DNA from: Gemmatimonadota bacterium
Lineage (GTDB): Bacteria > Gemmatimonadota > Gemmatimonadetes > Longimicrobiales > Gaopeijiaceae
Length of the DNA: 14,538 nucleotides
Reading direction: 5' to 3'
NCBI GenBank assembly: GCA_039589315.1
Contig: JBDHHQ010000101.1
Span: forward strand, 1 to 14,538
Positions 1 through 7,223 of the stretch are shown here, in pieces. Made by a program: the position numbers and the translations under genes. How positions within the stretch are numbered: the first letter of the stretch is position 1; every line of letters starts with the position of its first letter. The notes beneath the pieces are model-generated. The model was given only the letters and a program-made list of their open reading frames with translations, ran no database searches and was not told where the DNA came from.

Positions 1-865
1 CGAGGTCAAACAAGTGCCCGGCCTCTACTTCGCAGGCCAGATCAACGGCACCACCGGCTACGAGGAGGCGGCTGGCCAAGGACTCGTGGCGGGCGCCAAC
101 GCTGCGCTGTCGGTCCAGCGGGGCGCTCCTCTGATCCTCGAGCGGGACCAGGCCTACATCGGCGTGCTGGTCGACGACCTGGTAACGAGAGGGGTGGACG
201 AGCCATATCGCTTGTTCACGTCCCGCGCCGAGTTTCGGCTACTCCTGAGGCAGGACAATGCCGCCAGGCGCCTGGGCACCATCGCGAAGGACAGGGGCCT
301 TCTCACGCAAGGTCAGTCCCTGGAGCTGACGAGGCGATTGCATCTGGAGGACCGGGTGCAGGCCTGGTTTCGGGAGACCCCCCTGCACCCATCACGCGTC
401 AACCCGCTGTTGGAGAGTGGGGGATCGGCACCGATCAGCCGACCGACCCGGGCCGTAGAGCTCCTGAAGCGTCCCGGGGTCACGGCCGCTGGCCTGGTGA
501 GCCTCGAGCAGTGCGACCCCCCAAGCGGGAACGGTGTCTCCCCCGAAGCTCCGACCGACGGGCCCGCCTGGCCGCTGGCCGATGCCCTCGCGGCGGTCGA
601 GGTGGAGCTCAAGTACCGGGGCTACGTGGCTCGGGAGATGCAACGTGCTCGTAAGCTGAGGGACCAGGCGACCTTCGAGCTCGGGCCGGACGTCCCTTAC
701 TCGGCCTTCGTGACCCTTTCGGTAGAGGCACGGCAAAAGCTGGGTCGGATCCTCCCTGCCACCCTGGCCCAGGCCGGCCGGATCCCGGGCGTATCGCCGG
801 CCGATCTGCAGAATCTGGTCATGGAGGTGCGGAGGTGGCGTGGGGCCCAGCCAGCGGCACGCTGA
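1..865 (+). CDS. mnmG: tRNA uridine-5-carboxymethylaminomethyl(34) synthesis enzyme MnmG (GidA), C-terminal part, truncated at window start
   Basis: Frame open from base 2 (EVKQVPGLYFAGQINGTTGYEEAAGQG). Contains MnmG signatures AYIGVLVDDLVTRG, EPYRLFTSRAEFRL and C-terminal IPGVSPAD. Stop TGA at 863-865. Confidence 0.97.
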   Translation, partial: EVKQVPGLYFAGQINGTTGYEEAAGQGLVAGANAALSVQRGAPLILERDQAYIGVLVDDLVTRGVDEPYRLFTSRAEFRLLLRQDNAARRLGTIAKDRGLLTQGQSLELTRRLHLEDRVQAWFRETPLHPSRVNPLLESGGSAPISRPTRAVELLKRPGVTAAGLVSLEQCDPPSGNGVSPEAPTDGPAWPLADALAAVEVELKYRGYVAREMQRARKLRDQATFELGPDVPYSAFVTLSVEARQKLGRILPATLAQAGRIPGVSPADLQNLVMEVRRWRGAQPAAR

Positions 866-872
866 AGCCTTT

Positions 873-1085
873 TCATCGGCGCGTTCGCAACCCCAGGAAC
901 GGGGAGTGCCCGCGCTCACGAGATGGAGTGCACCGATCCGCGCCATGATCCAAACGAACGGCGGCGCCGTGGTGAGCGATCAAGCGAATCCGGTCCTTCC
1001 GCCGTGGCGGGGCACAGACGGGACACGCAGCTGCGTGTGGACCGACGCGAACATCCGGTCCACAGATTGTACAGTGCAGGTACAT
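873..1085 (-). CDS. Putative 70-aa zinc-ribbon microprotein divergent from the CarH-like gene
   Basis: ATG at 1085 (minus) gives MYLHCTICGPDVRVGPHAAACPVC..., a CxxC-x12-CxxC motif at the N-terminus. Fits the intergenic gap without overlapping mnmG or the regulator. No SD seen. Confidence 0.35.
   Translation of the reverse strand: MYLHCTICGPDVRVGPHAAACPVCAPPRRKDRIRLIAHHGAAVRLDHGADRCTPSRERGHSPFLGLRTRR
1023..1064. repeat. Perfect 16-bp palindrome plus overlapping 9-bp inverted repeat
   Basis: ACACGCAGCTGCGTGT at 1023-1038 is self-complementary. TGTGGACCG (1036-1044) pairs with CGGTCCACA (1056-1064) across an 11-nt spacer. Confidence 0.6.
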
Positions 1086-1110
1086 GACAAACTTGCATCG
1101 CGACGACATA

Positions 1111-1143
1111 GACCTATACAAAAGCTTGACAAGGCGGCCACAA
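1111..1143 (+). promoter_or_regulatory. CarH-type operator (tandem 11-bp direct repeats) overlapping a sigma70 -35 hexamer
   Basis: GACCTATACAA (1111-1121), AAGCTTGACAA (1122-1132), GGCGGCCACAA (1133-1143), with ACA every 11 bp. The first two fit the CarH repeat consensus nAnnTnnACAn. TTGACA at 1126-1131; no convincing -10. Confidence 0.75.
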
Positions 1144-1161
1144 TCGAAGACCTATTGGTTC

Positions 1162-2109
1162 ATGAGCGTTCACTCAGAGTCAACGCCCCGACACCCCATT
1201 CGCGTGGTGACGCGACGAACAGGGTTGTCTCCCTCGGTCCTCCGAGCCTGGGAGCGCCGCTACGGCGCGGTAGAGCCCCGTCGGTCGGAGGGCGGACAGC
1301 GGCTGTACTCGGATGTGGAGGTGAAGCGCCTGATTCTCCTCGTGCGAGCGACGGAGGCGGGGCGTAGCATCGGTCAGGTCGCAGTGCTCGGAACGAAGGA
1401 GCTGGAGGCTCTCGTTCGAGAGGACGGGGTCATCCTGCCTCCCGCGCTCGTGGCGCTTCGAGCAGGAGGGCGAGCAGGCGAGGCTGTCGTCCGGGAGGGC
1501 CTGGCCGCGGTCGACGAGATGGACGCGCACCGGCTCGAGAAGGTCCTGACCCGAGCCGCCGTCGTGCTGGAACCCGACGCCCTCGTCGGTCAGGTGATCG
1601 TGCCTGTGCTGGAGCAGATCGGGACGCGTTGGCGTCACGGAAGGCTGGGGCCCGCCAACGAGCACGTGGCTTCAGGAGTCATCCGCAAGTTCCTCGCCTG
1701 GCTCATCGGCGCCATCGAGGTGCCCGGTGACGCGCCAGTGCTCATATGCACGACCCCGAAAGGCCAACGCCACGAGCTTGGCGCCCTACTGAGCGGCGTG
1801 GTGGGTGCCGGTGTCGGCTGGCGCTCCGTCTTTCTGGGGCCGGACCTACCGGCTGAGGAGATCGCGAAGGCAGCTCGCCGGCTCGGAGCCCGAGCCTTGG
1901 TGCTTTCCGCCCTTCATCCCCTCGAGGATCCCGCGCTCCCGAAGGAGTTCGCCACACTGGCAACGTTGTTGCCGCCCGGAACGCCGGTGCTCGCGGGCGG
2001 ACCCGCGGTGCTCGAAATCCGGGAGGACGTCGAGGTGGGGGGCGGCCACGTCCTGAGCACGATGGCTGAGCTCCGGACTCGATTGCGAGAGGCCAGGGCG
2101 AACCAGTAA
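1162..2109 (+). CDS. CarH/LitR-like MerR-family transcriptional regulator with cobalamin-binding domain (probable AdoB12 photoreceptor)
   Basis: N-terminal MerR HTH with RAWERRYG; Wx9EH motif (WRHGRLGPANEH); B12-binding Rossmann domain (GQRHELG, LGPD, LVLSAL, AGG). ATG 1162 preferred over 1084 because the longer start would run through the operator/-35. Confidence 0.88.
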   Translation: MSVHSESTPRHPIRVVTRRTGLSPSVLRAWERRYGAVEPRRSEGGQRLYSDVEVKRLILLVRATEAGRSIGQVAVLGTKELEALVREDGVILPPALVALRAGGRAGEAVVREGLAAVDEMDAHRLEKVLTRAAVVLEPDALVGQVIVPVLEQIGTRWRHGRLGPANEHVASGVIRKFLAWLIGAIEVPGDAPVLICTTPKGQRHELGALLSGVVGAGVGWRSVFLGPDLPAEEIAKAARRLGARALVLSALHPLEDPALPKEFATLATLLPPGTPVLAGGPAVLEIREDVEVGGGHVLSTMAELRTRLREARANQ

Positions 2110-2127
2110 GTGGTGGGGAGAAAGGGG

Positions 2128-2164
2128 TTGTGATACCCTTCCGGAAGACCCGGGGGTATTGCAG
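2128..2164 (+). terminator. Possible stem-loop downstream of the CarH-like gene
   Basis: ATACCC (2133-2138) pairs with GGGTAT (2154-2159), extendable with G-U pairs, starting about 20 nt after the stop. No clear U-tract. Confidence 0.3.
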
Positions 2165-2211
2165 GCCAATGGCGCTCGCCCAGGAGAGGCGCGGCATCGC
2201 CAGCCGCCCAA

Positions 2212-2227
2212 TGTTCCACGTGGAACA
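2212..2227. other. parS: parS centromere site (ParB binding)
   Basis: TGTTCCACGTGGAACA is a perfect palindrome matching the chromosomal consensus TGTTNCACGTGNAACA, extending to 18 bp (2211-2228). Intergenic, about 0.9 kb upstream of parA. Confidence 0.95.
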
Positions 2228-2452
2228 TCCATTCGGTGCACCATAGAGGTCCGTTGGAGCCGCAAGTCGGTTTACATGTTCCTTGGCGAACCGTGCTCAC
2301 CTTCGGAGAGGGCCGAGTTTCGAGGCCCTCCACCAGCCGATGGAGTGCAACGCGGCACATAGCCCAGAGGAGGCGGAGTCCGGGAGCTCGGCCTGGTACG
2401 GTCGAGGGTCCCCCGACCTCTCCGAACGACTGGGGGTGGAACCGCGCGCGGC

Positions 2453-2938
2453 CTACAGCGACGAGAACACGAGCCGTTGATGAACGTCGTCCAGGATCCC
2501 GTCCCGATTGAAATCGAGCGGTAGATCATCGCTTTCGAGAATCAGTCGGCCACCGGTGCGCGACCACTGGCCCGAGGCGCTACTGACCACCGGCGTCTGG
2601 ACCGAGAAGAAGATCTGGCCTCCCTGGAGACGGATCGTACCGGTCTCCTCGCTTTGGCTCCCGAAGGCCCGGAGTACGGCCCGGTAAGCGCCGGAGCTCT
2701 GCACGGTGAAAGTGAGTTGCACGCCGTCCCTGCTGACGATCTCGACGGCCTCGCTGGGATTGGCCTTGGGACTCACCACGATGGAATCCGCGAGCCAGCT
2801 CCCCACTACCGGCGTAAGATCGTCGGACGGAGGGGGGGCGGGAGGTGCCGCAGGCGAGTCGGAGTCGCCGCCACATGCGGAAAGCACGACGACGACCGCG
2901 AGTACGAGGGGCGTCAAGATCTGGCGGGAGAACGGCAT
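2453..2938 (-). CDS. Lipoprotein with lipocalin-like beta-rich domain (161 aa)
   Basis: ATG at 2938 preceded by GAGGA SD. Signal peptide MPFSRQILTPLVLAVVVVLSA-C with lipobox LSAC, Pro-rich tether, GxW motif (VVGSW), beta-strand pattern, and a Dx[DN]xDG-like loop (DFNRDG). Confidence 0.8.
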   Translation of the reverse strand: MPFSRQILTPLVLAVVVVLSACGGDSDSPAAPPAPPPSDDLTPVVGSWLADSIVVSPKANPSEAVEIVSRDGVQLTFTVQSSGAYRAVLRAFGSQSEETGTIRLQGGQIFFSVQTPVVSSASGQWSRTGGRLILESDDLPLDFNRDGILDDVHQRLVFSSL

Positions 2939-3043
2939 GGACGGTCCTCGAGGCGCTGAAAGCGGACGGCACGTGCGGCAGTGAACGGGCTCCACGTGCG
3001 AAAACACTTGTTCCAATCTGCCGCTGCGTCAACCCCGTTTCGC

Positions 3044-3072
3044 TTTACCTTCGGTAGAAGCATCGGTATATT
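3044..3072 (+). promoter_or_regulatory. Candidate sigma70 promoter of the parAB operon
   Basis: TTTACC (3044-3049), 17 nt, TATATT (3067-3072), about 60 nt upstream of the parA ATG. Confidence 0.55.
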
Positions 3073-3134
3073 CGTCCACCCCGACGGGACGGGAAGCCCA
3101 TTCTGCCCTCCACGCTGTCCTCGAACGCGTCCAA

Positions 3135-3950
3135 ATGTCTCGGGTAATCGCAATCGCTAACCAGAAGGGCGGCGTGGGTAAAACCACGACCGCCATCAAC
3201 TTGGGCGCCGCCCTGGCCGTCGCGGAGCGGCGGACGCTGATCATCGACATGGATCCGCAGGGCAACGCGACGAGCGGGCTCGGAATCGAAGACCTGAGGT
3301 CTCTGCCGCAAGTCTACGACGTTCTCGTGGGGAGTCGTGCGGCCGGAGAAACCATAGTCTCCAAGGTACACTTCCCGTTGTTGGACATCATCCCTGCGAC
3401 GCGCGATCTCGTCGGAGCGGAGATCGAGCTCGTCGACGTGCCTCGGCGTGAGACGGTCCTCCGGAGGGCCATCGAGCCGCTCCGCGACGAATACGACTTC
3501 ATCCTTGCCGACTGTCCGCCGTCCCTGGGGTTGCTGACCCTCAACACCCTCAGTGCCTCGGACTCGGTGCTCATCCCCATCCAGTGTGAGTTCTACGCCC
3601 TGGAGGGCCTGAGTCAGCTCCTGAGCACCATCCGGCTCGTCCAGCGGGGCCTGAATCCCGACCTCGCGATCCAGGGCGTGCTGTTGACCATGTTCGACAA
3701 GCGTCTTCGCCTGTCGAAGCAGGTGGCGGCGGAGGCTCGGGAGTACTTCGGCAACAGAGTCTTCCAGACCGTCATTCCCCGCAACGTCCGGTTGGCGGAG
3801 GCGCCCAGCTTCGGCCAGCCGATCATGCTGTACGACGTGATGTCCCAGGGAGCCCAGAGTTACATGGCGCTGGCCCGAGAGCTCATTCGCCGCACCGCCG
3901 CCGAGGCCAACCGGGCTCGGGCAGAACAGTTGACGGGAGGATCGCCGTGA
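3135..3950 (+). CDS. parA: Chromosome partitioning ATPase ParA/Soj
   Basis: Deviant Walker A (NQKGGVGKTTT), DMDPQGNAT, DCPPSLG, EFYALEG, IPRNVRLAEAPSFG. Confidence 0.97.
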   Translation: MSRVIAIANQKGGVGKTTTAINLGAALAVAERRTLIIDMDPQGNATSGLGIEDLRSLPQVYDVLVGSRAAGETIVSKVHFPLLDIIPATRDLVGAEIELVDVPRRETVLRRAIEPLRDEYDFILADCPPSLGLLTLNTLSASDSVLIPIQCEFYALEGLSQLLSTIRLVQRGLNPDLAIQGVLLTMFDKRLRLSKQVAAEAREYFGNRVFQTVIPRNVRLAEAPSFGQPIMLYDVMSQGAQSYMALARELIRRTAAEANRARAEQLTGGSP

Positions 3951-4858
3951 CGTCGGGAGGAAAGGACCGGTTGGGACGGGGACTCGGGGCTCTGCTGGGA
4001 ACCTATGCCGAGCAGGAGCCCGTCCGGGAAGGCGAGCAGTTGCGCAGCGTGCCCGTCGCGCGAGTCGCACCAAACCCCTTCCAGCCGAGGCGGGACTTCT
4101 CGGAGGCCGAGCTTCAGGAGCTCACGGACTCCATCCAACACAACGGCCTTCTGCAGCCTCTCGTCGTTCGTCGTGCTCCGGGAGTGGAGGCCCGTTATCA
4201 ACTCGTGGCAGGGGAGCGGAGACTCAGGGCGGTGACGGCGCTGGGGTGGGACGAGGTCTCTGTCGTCGTCCGCGATGTCGGAGACGAGACCCTTCTCGTG
4301 CTGGCTCTGGTGGAGAACCTCCAGCGCGAGGCGCTGGGGCCTCTCGAGGAGGCAGAAGGCTACCAGGTCCTCGCCGACAAGTTCGGCCTCACGCAGGAAA
4401 ACATCGCCTCAGCCGTCGGCAAGGATCGTTCGACAATAGCTAACATGTTGCGGTTATTGAAGTTACCGGCCTCAGTCCGCCGTCTGTTGGGCGCGGGCAA
4501 GCTGGCAATGGGACACGCCAGGGCACTCCTGGCCGTGCCCGACCCCATGCGGGCGGCCGAGCTCGCGCGTCAAGCCGTGAAGGGAAGCTGGTCTGTCCGC
4601 GAGGTGGAGCGGCACGTCCGCCGGGAAGTCACGGGAGCGTCCGCGTCCGGAGCCGCAGGGCGCAGGTCGCCAACCTCACGCGATCCCGCGATCCGCGAGC
4701 TGGAGCAGGCGCTGCAGGACCGACTCGGGACGCGTGTCCGGATCCGACCCGCGCCGAACGGCACAGGGGTGCTGGAGGTCTCCTACCACTCCACGGACGA
4801 CTTCGAGCGCCTCTTCGGACTCATCACCGGACGCGACGCGTCGGAGTTGTTGGGTTGA
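3947..4858 (+). CDS. parB: Chromosome partitioning protein ParB/Spo0J (CTPase)
   Basis: GTGA overlap with parA. N-terminal LGRGLGALL, PNPFQPRR, GERRLRA CTP-binding motif, ENLQRE, HTH (QENIASAVGKDRSTIAN), GHARAL. Confidence 0.97.
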   Translation: MTSGGKDRLGRGLGALLGTYAEQEPVREGEQLRSVPVARVAPNPFQPRRDFSEAELQELTDSIQHNGLLQPLVVRRAPGVEARYQLVAGERRLRAVTALGWDEVSVVVRDVGDETLLVLALVENLQREALGPLEEAEGYQVLADKFGLTQENIASAVGKDRSTIANMLRLLKLPASVRRLLGAGKLAMGHARALLAVPDPMRAAELARQAVKGSWSVREVERHVRREVTGASASGAAGRRSPTSRDPAIRELEQALQDRLGTRVRIRPAPNGTGVLEVSYHSTDDFERLFGLITGRDASELLG

Positions 4859-5634
4859 CCGCACCCCCCCGGGACCAGGACGAAAAGGTCCTCACCGTTC
4901 TGATGATCCCCGCCGGGAGCGGCGAGGAGAGCAGGACCTTCCGCTTTCCCTACCCGAGGCTCCGTGCGTGGGGGTGGACCGCGGCAGCCGCTCTGGCGCT
5001 CACGGCCGTCATGGCGGGAAGCTGGTGGTACTTCGCCGCGCGGTCGCTGCGGGTAGGACGCCTCGAGGCCGAGGTCGCGCAATACCGGGACGATGGGGCC
5101 CGCTTGACTGCACTGGCGTCGCGACTCGAAGAGCTCGAGGCGCGCTACGGTCGGATGCGCGGCCTTTTCGGTACCGAGGAAGCTGATCTACCATCGAGTC
5201 TCTGGCTGCCCCCCGCGCCTGGGGGCAGCGACGCATCCGACCGTGAGGGGGACCAGGCGCGCCCGTCGTCATGGCCCTTGACGGAACGGGGCTTCGTCAC
5301 CCAAGGCCTTCTGGAGGGTGGACAGTCCCACCCCGGCATCGACATAGCTGTGGCGCAGGACTCCTACATACGCGCGTCGGGAGCGGGAACCGTGGCCGAG
5401 GTCGGCCAGGACGAGGTCTACGGAAACTACGTCGTGCTCGAGCACGGCCAGGGGCTGAGAAGCCTCTACGGACACGCCTCGACGACGCTGGTAGATCTGA
5501 ACCAGGAGGTGCGGCGCAACGAGGTCATCGCACTGTCCGGGTCAACGGGTCGGTCCACCGCCCCGCACCTCCACTTCGAAATCACACAGGACGGCGAGCC
5601 CCAGGATCCCCTGGAGTGGGTTCGACAGCCCTGA
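4855..5634 (+). CDS. Membrane-anchored M23-family metallo-endopeptidase
   Basis: TTG start overlaps the parB stop (TTGA). Short N-terminal segment, TM helix (WGWTAAAALALTAVMAGSWWYF), coiled coil, then M23 motifs HPGID, YGH and PHLHFE. Confidence 0.92.
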   Translation: MTAPPRDQDEKVLTVLMIPAGSGEESRTFRFPYPRLRAWGWTAAAALALTAVMAGSWWYFAARSLRVGRLEAEVAQYRDDGARLTALASRLEELEARYGRMRGLFGTEEADLPSSLWLPPAPGGSDASDREGDQARPSSWPLTERGFVTQGLLEGGQSHPGIDIAVAQDSYIRASGAGTVAEVGQDEVYGNYVVLEHGQGLRSLYGHASTTLVDLNQEVRRNEVIALSGSTGRSTAPHLHFEITQDGEPQDPLEWVRQP

Positions 5635-5785
5635 GGCCGACCGACAGCGCCGCTCTTGTCTTGCATGGCGGCCACGCCGCTGCGACGTTTCTAACCTCTC
5701 AGTTGTGATGAGCCGAGAACCGGGGTGGAGGGGGCCGTCTTCCCGGCCGACCCGCGTCCACCTACCAGTACAAAGGATGAGCGCC

Positions 5786-6259
5786 ATGGCTCGTGATCGG
5801 CAGATCGAAGGCGGTGCGGCTCCCGAGGCCGTGATCTCGATAATCGGGCCCGGCATGACGATCGTCGGCGACTGCCAGACGGACGGTACCGTCCGCATCG
5901 AGGGCACCGTCGAGGGCAGCGTCCGAGCCGGCAAAGCCGTCGTCGTGGGGAAAGACGGAGAGGTCAACGGCGAGATCTTGACCCAGGACGCGATCGTGTC
6001 CGGACGCGTGGTAGGAACGCTCACCGCCGAATCTCGCCTCGAGCTCCAGAGCACGTCGAAGGTCGAAGGCGAGGTCTTCGCGCGACGCATGCAGCTGGAA
6101 GACGGAGCCATGCTGAATGGCACCGTCCACATGGGTGAGGTGAGAAAGTCGGCCGAGACCTCGGCGGCCCCGGCGACCCTCCCGGCGGCCCCGCCGTCGA
6201 CGGCAAAGCCGGCCACGCCGTCGGTCCGTGGAGAGAGCAAAGCGGCAGTCCCGACGTGA
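5786..6259 (+). CDS. Bactofilin (polymer-forming cytoskeletal protein, CcmA/BacA family)
   Basis: Beta-helix repeats SIIGPGMTIVGD..GTVRIEGTVEGSV..VVVGKDGEVNGEI..EDGAMLNG and Pro/Ala-rich tail. AAGGA SD 8 nt before ATG 5786; ATG 5777 is an alternative start. Confidence 0.93.
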   Translation: MARDRQIEGGAAPEAVISIIGPGMTIVGDCQTDGTVRIEGTVEGSVRAGKAVVVGKDGEVNGEILTQDAIVSGRVVGTLTAESRLELQSTSKVEGEVFARRMQLEDGAMLNGTVHMGEVRKSAETSAAPATLPAAPPSTAKPATPSVRGESKAAVPT

Positions 6260-6265
6260 TGCGTT

Positions 6266-6300
6266 GGCGGTTTTCTTTCCACACTGAGGGGAAAACCGCC
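6266..6300 (+). terminator. Hairpin just after bactofilin, possible terminator of the par cluster
   Basis: GGCGGTTTTC (6266-6275) / GAAAACCGCC (6291-6300), a 10-bp perfect stem followed by TATCCACTTGTT (weak U-tract). Confidence 0.5.
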
Positions 6301-6385
6301 TATCCACTTGTTCTGTAACGCTTTGCGTCTACTTGCCGGGTCCCGGTGACCGTCGCTGCACCGCCTGGGTGGAGAGTTTTCCACA
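6275..6385. promoter_or_regulatory. Cluster of DnaA-box-like 9-mers
   Basis: Matches to TTWTNCACA: TTTTCCACA 6377-6385 (9/9), CTTTCCACA 6275-6283 (8/9), CTATCCACT 6300-6308 (7/9), minus-strand TTTTCCCCT 6287-6295 (7/9), minus-strand CTCTCCACC 6368-6376 (6/9). Confidence 0.55.
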
Positions 6386-6425
6386 CGTCGATGAGTGACC
6401 TGCCCACCCCGACCCGGGAGAGTCG

Positions 6426-7187
6426 GTGCACTCCGTCGAAATAGAACGAATCGTCCAATTCTTCGATGACACCCTCGCCGTCTCCGGCTTCCCTGACTAC
6501 CCGCACGCACTGAACGGCCTCCAGGTCGAAGGCGCCCGCTCGGTAGCGAAAGTGGCTGCCGCGGTCGATGCCAGCGAGGCCACGATCCGGCTGGCGGTGG
6601 AGGGGAACGCCGACCTGCTGCTCGTCCACCACGGTCTGTTCTGGAGTGGTCTGCGGCCCGTCACCGGGGCCCTCTACCGCAAGGTCAAGGCGTTGGTGGA
6701 GGGTGGGTTGGCCCTATACAGCGCCCATCTGCCCCTGGACGCGCACGCCGAGCTGGGGAACTGCGCGATCCTGGCACGCCAGGCTGGCGTGCAGGTGAAG
6801 GGTCCCTTCGGGGCCTTCAAGGACCGCGAGATCGGCTGGTGGGGGACCGTGGACTCGGACCGCGAGGCCCTGGCGTCGGATCTGAAGATCCTGCTGGGAG
6901 GTGATGTGCGCGTCATTCCGGGGGGGCCTGAGCGCCTCGGGCGTGTTGCGGTAGTGACCGGAGGGGGAGCGTCATTCCTTTCGGAAGCCGCGGATCAGGG
7001 GCTGGATGCGCTCATCACCGGCGAGGCTTCGCACCACCACTACCACGACGCCATGGAGCTGGGGGTGAGCTTGTTCCTGTGCGGGCACTATGCGACTGAG
7101 ACGTGGGGGGTGCGGGCCCTCGCCGAGCGGGTTGCCGATGAGCTGGGGATCCAGTGGTGCTTCATCGACGAGCCCACGGGCCTGTGA
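6426..7187 (+). CDS. Nif3-like dinuclear metal center protein (YbgI/DUF34 family)
   Basis: NGLQVEG, LLVHHGLFW, LYSAHLPLDAH, ITGE and GHYATE motifs. GGGAG SD before the GTG. Confidence 0.95.
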   Translation: MHSVEIERIVQFFDDTLAVSGFPDYPHALNGLQVEGARSVAKVAAAVDASEATIRLAVEGNADLLLVHHGLFWSGLRPVTGALYRKVKALVEGGLALYSAHLPLDAHAELGNCAILARQAGVQVKGPFGAFKDREIGWWGTVDSDREALASDLKILLGGDVRVIPGGPERLGRVAVVTGGGASFLSEAADQGLDALITGEASHHHYHDAMELGVSLFLCGHYATETWGVRALAERVADELGIQWCFIDEPTGL

Positions 7188-7223
7188 CCTCGCAGCCGCG
7201 AATACCCCCAAAGGCCCCGAAGA

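Noticed and set aside
1084..1161. N-terminal extension of the MerR ORF from ATG 1084
   Set aside because: Covers the operator and -35 and does not resemble MerR sequence; ATG 1162 fits better.
2133..2159. ATACCC...GGGTAT as a CsoR/RcnR-type operator, and GGGGGTATT recurring inverted at 7201-7209
   Set aside because: The 15-nt spacer is too long for that operator class, and a 9-nt match alone is not significant.
2277..2292. parS-like TGTTCCTTGGCGAACC near the true parS
   Set aside because: 11/16 identity, but the central CACGTG core is lost.
2988..3003. Second parS-like site GGCTCCACGTGCGAAA upstream of parA
   Set aside because: Only 11/16 identity to the perfect site and not palindromic; at best a decayed site.
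3045..4073. 342-aa minus-strand ORF over parA (likewise 5542-6510, 9739-10518, 10549-11628)
   Set aside because: Antisense to well-supported genes and no recognisable domains.
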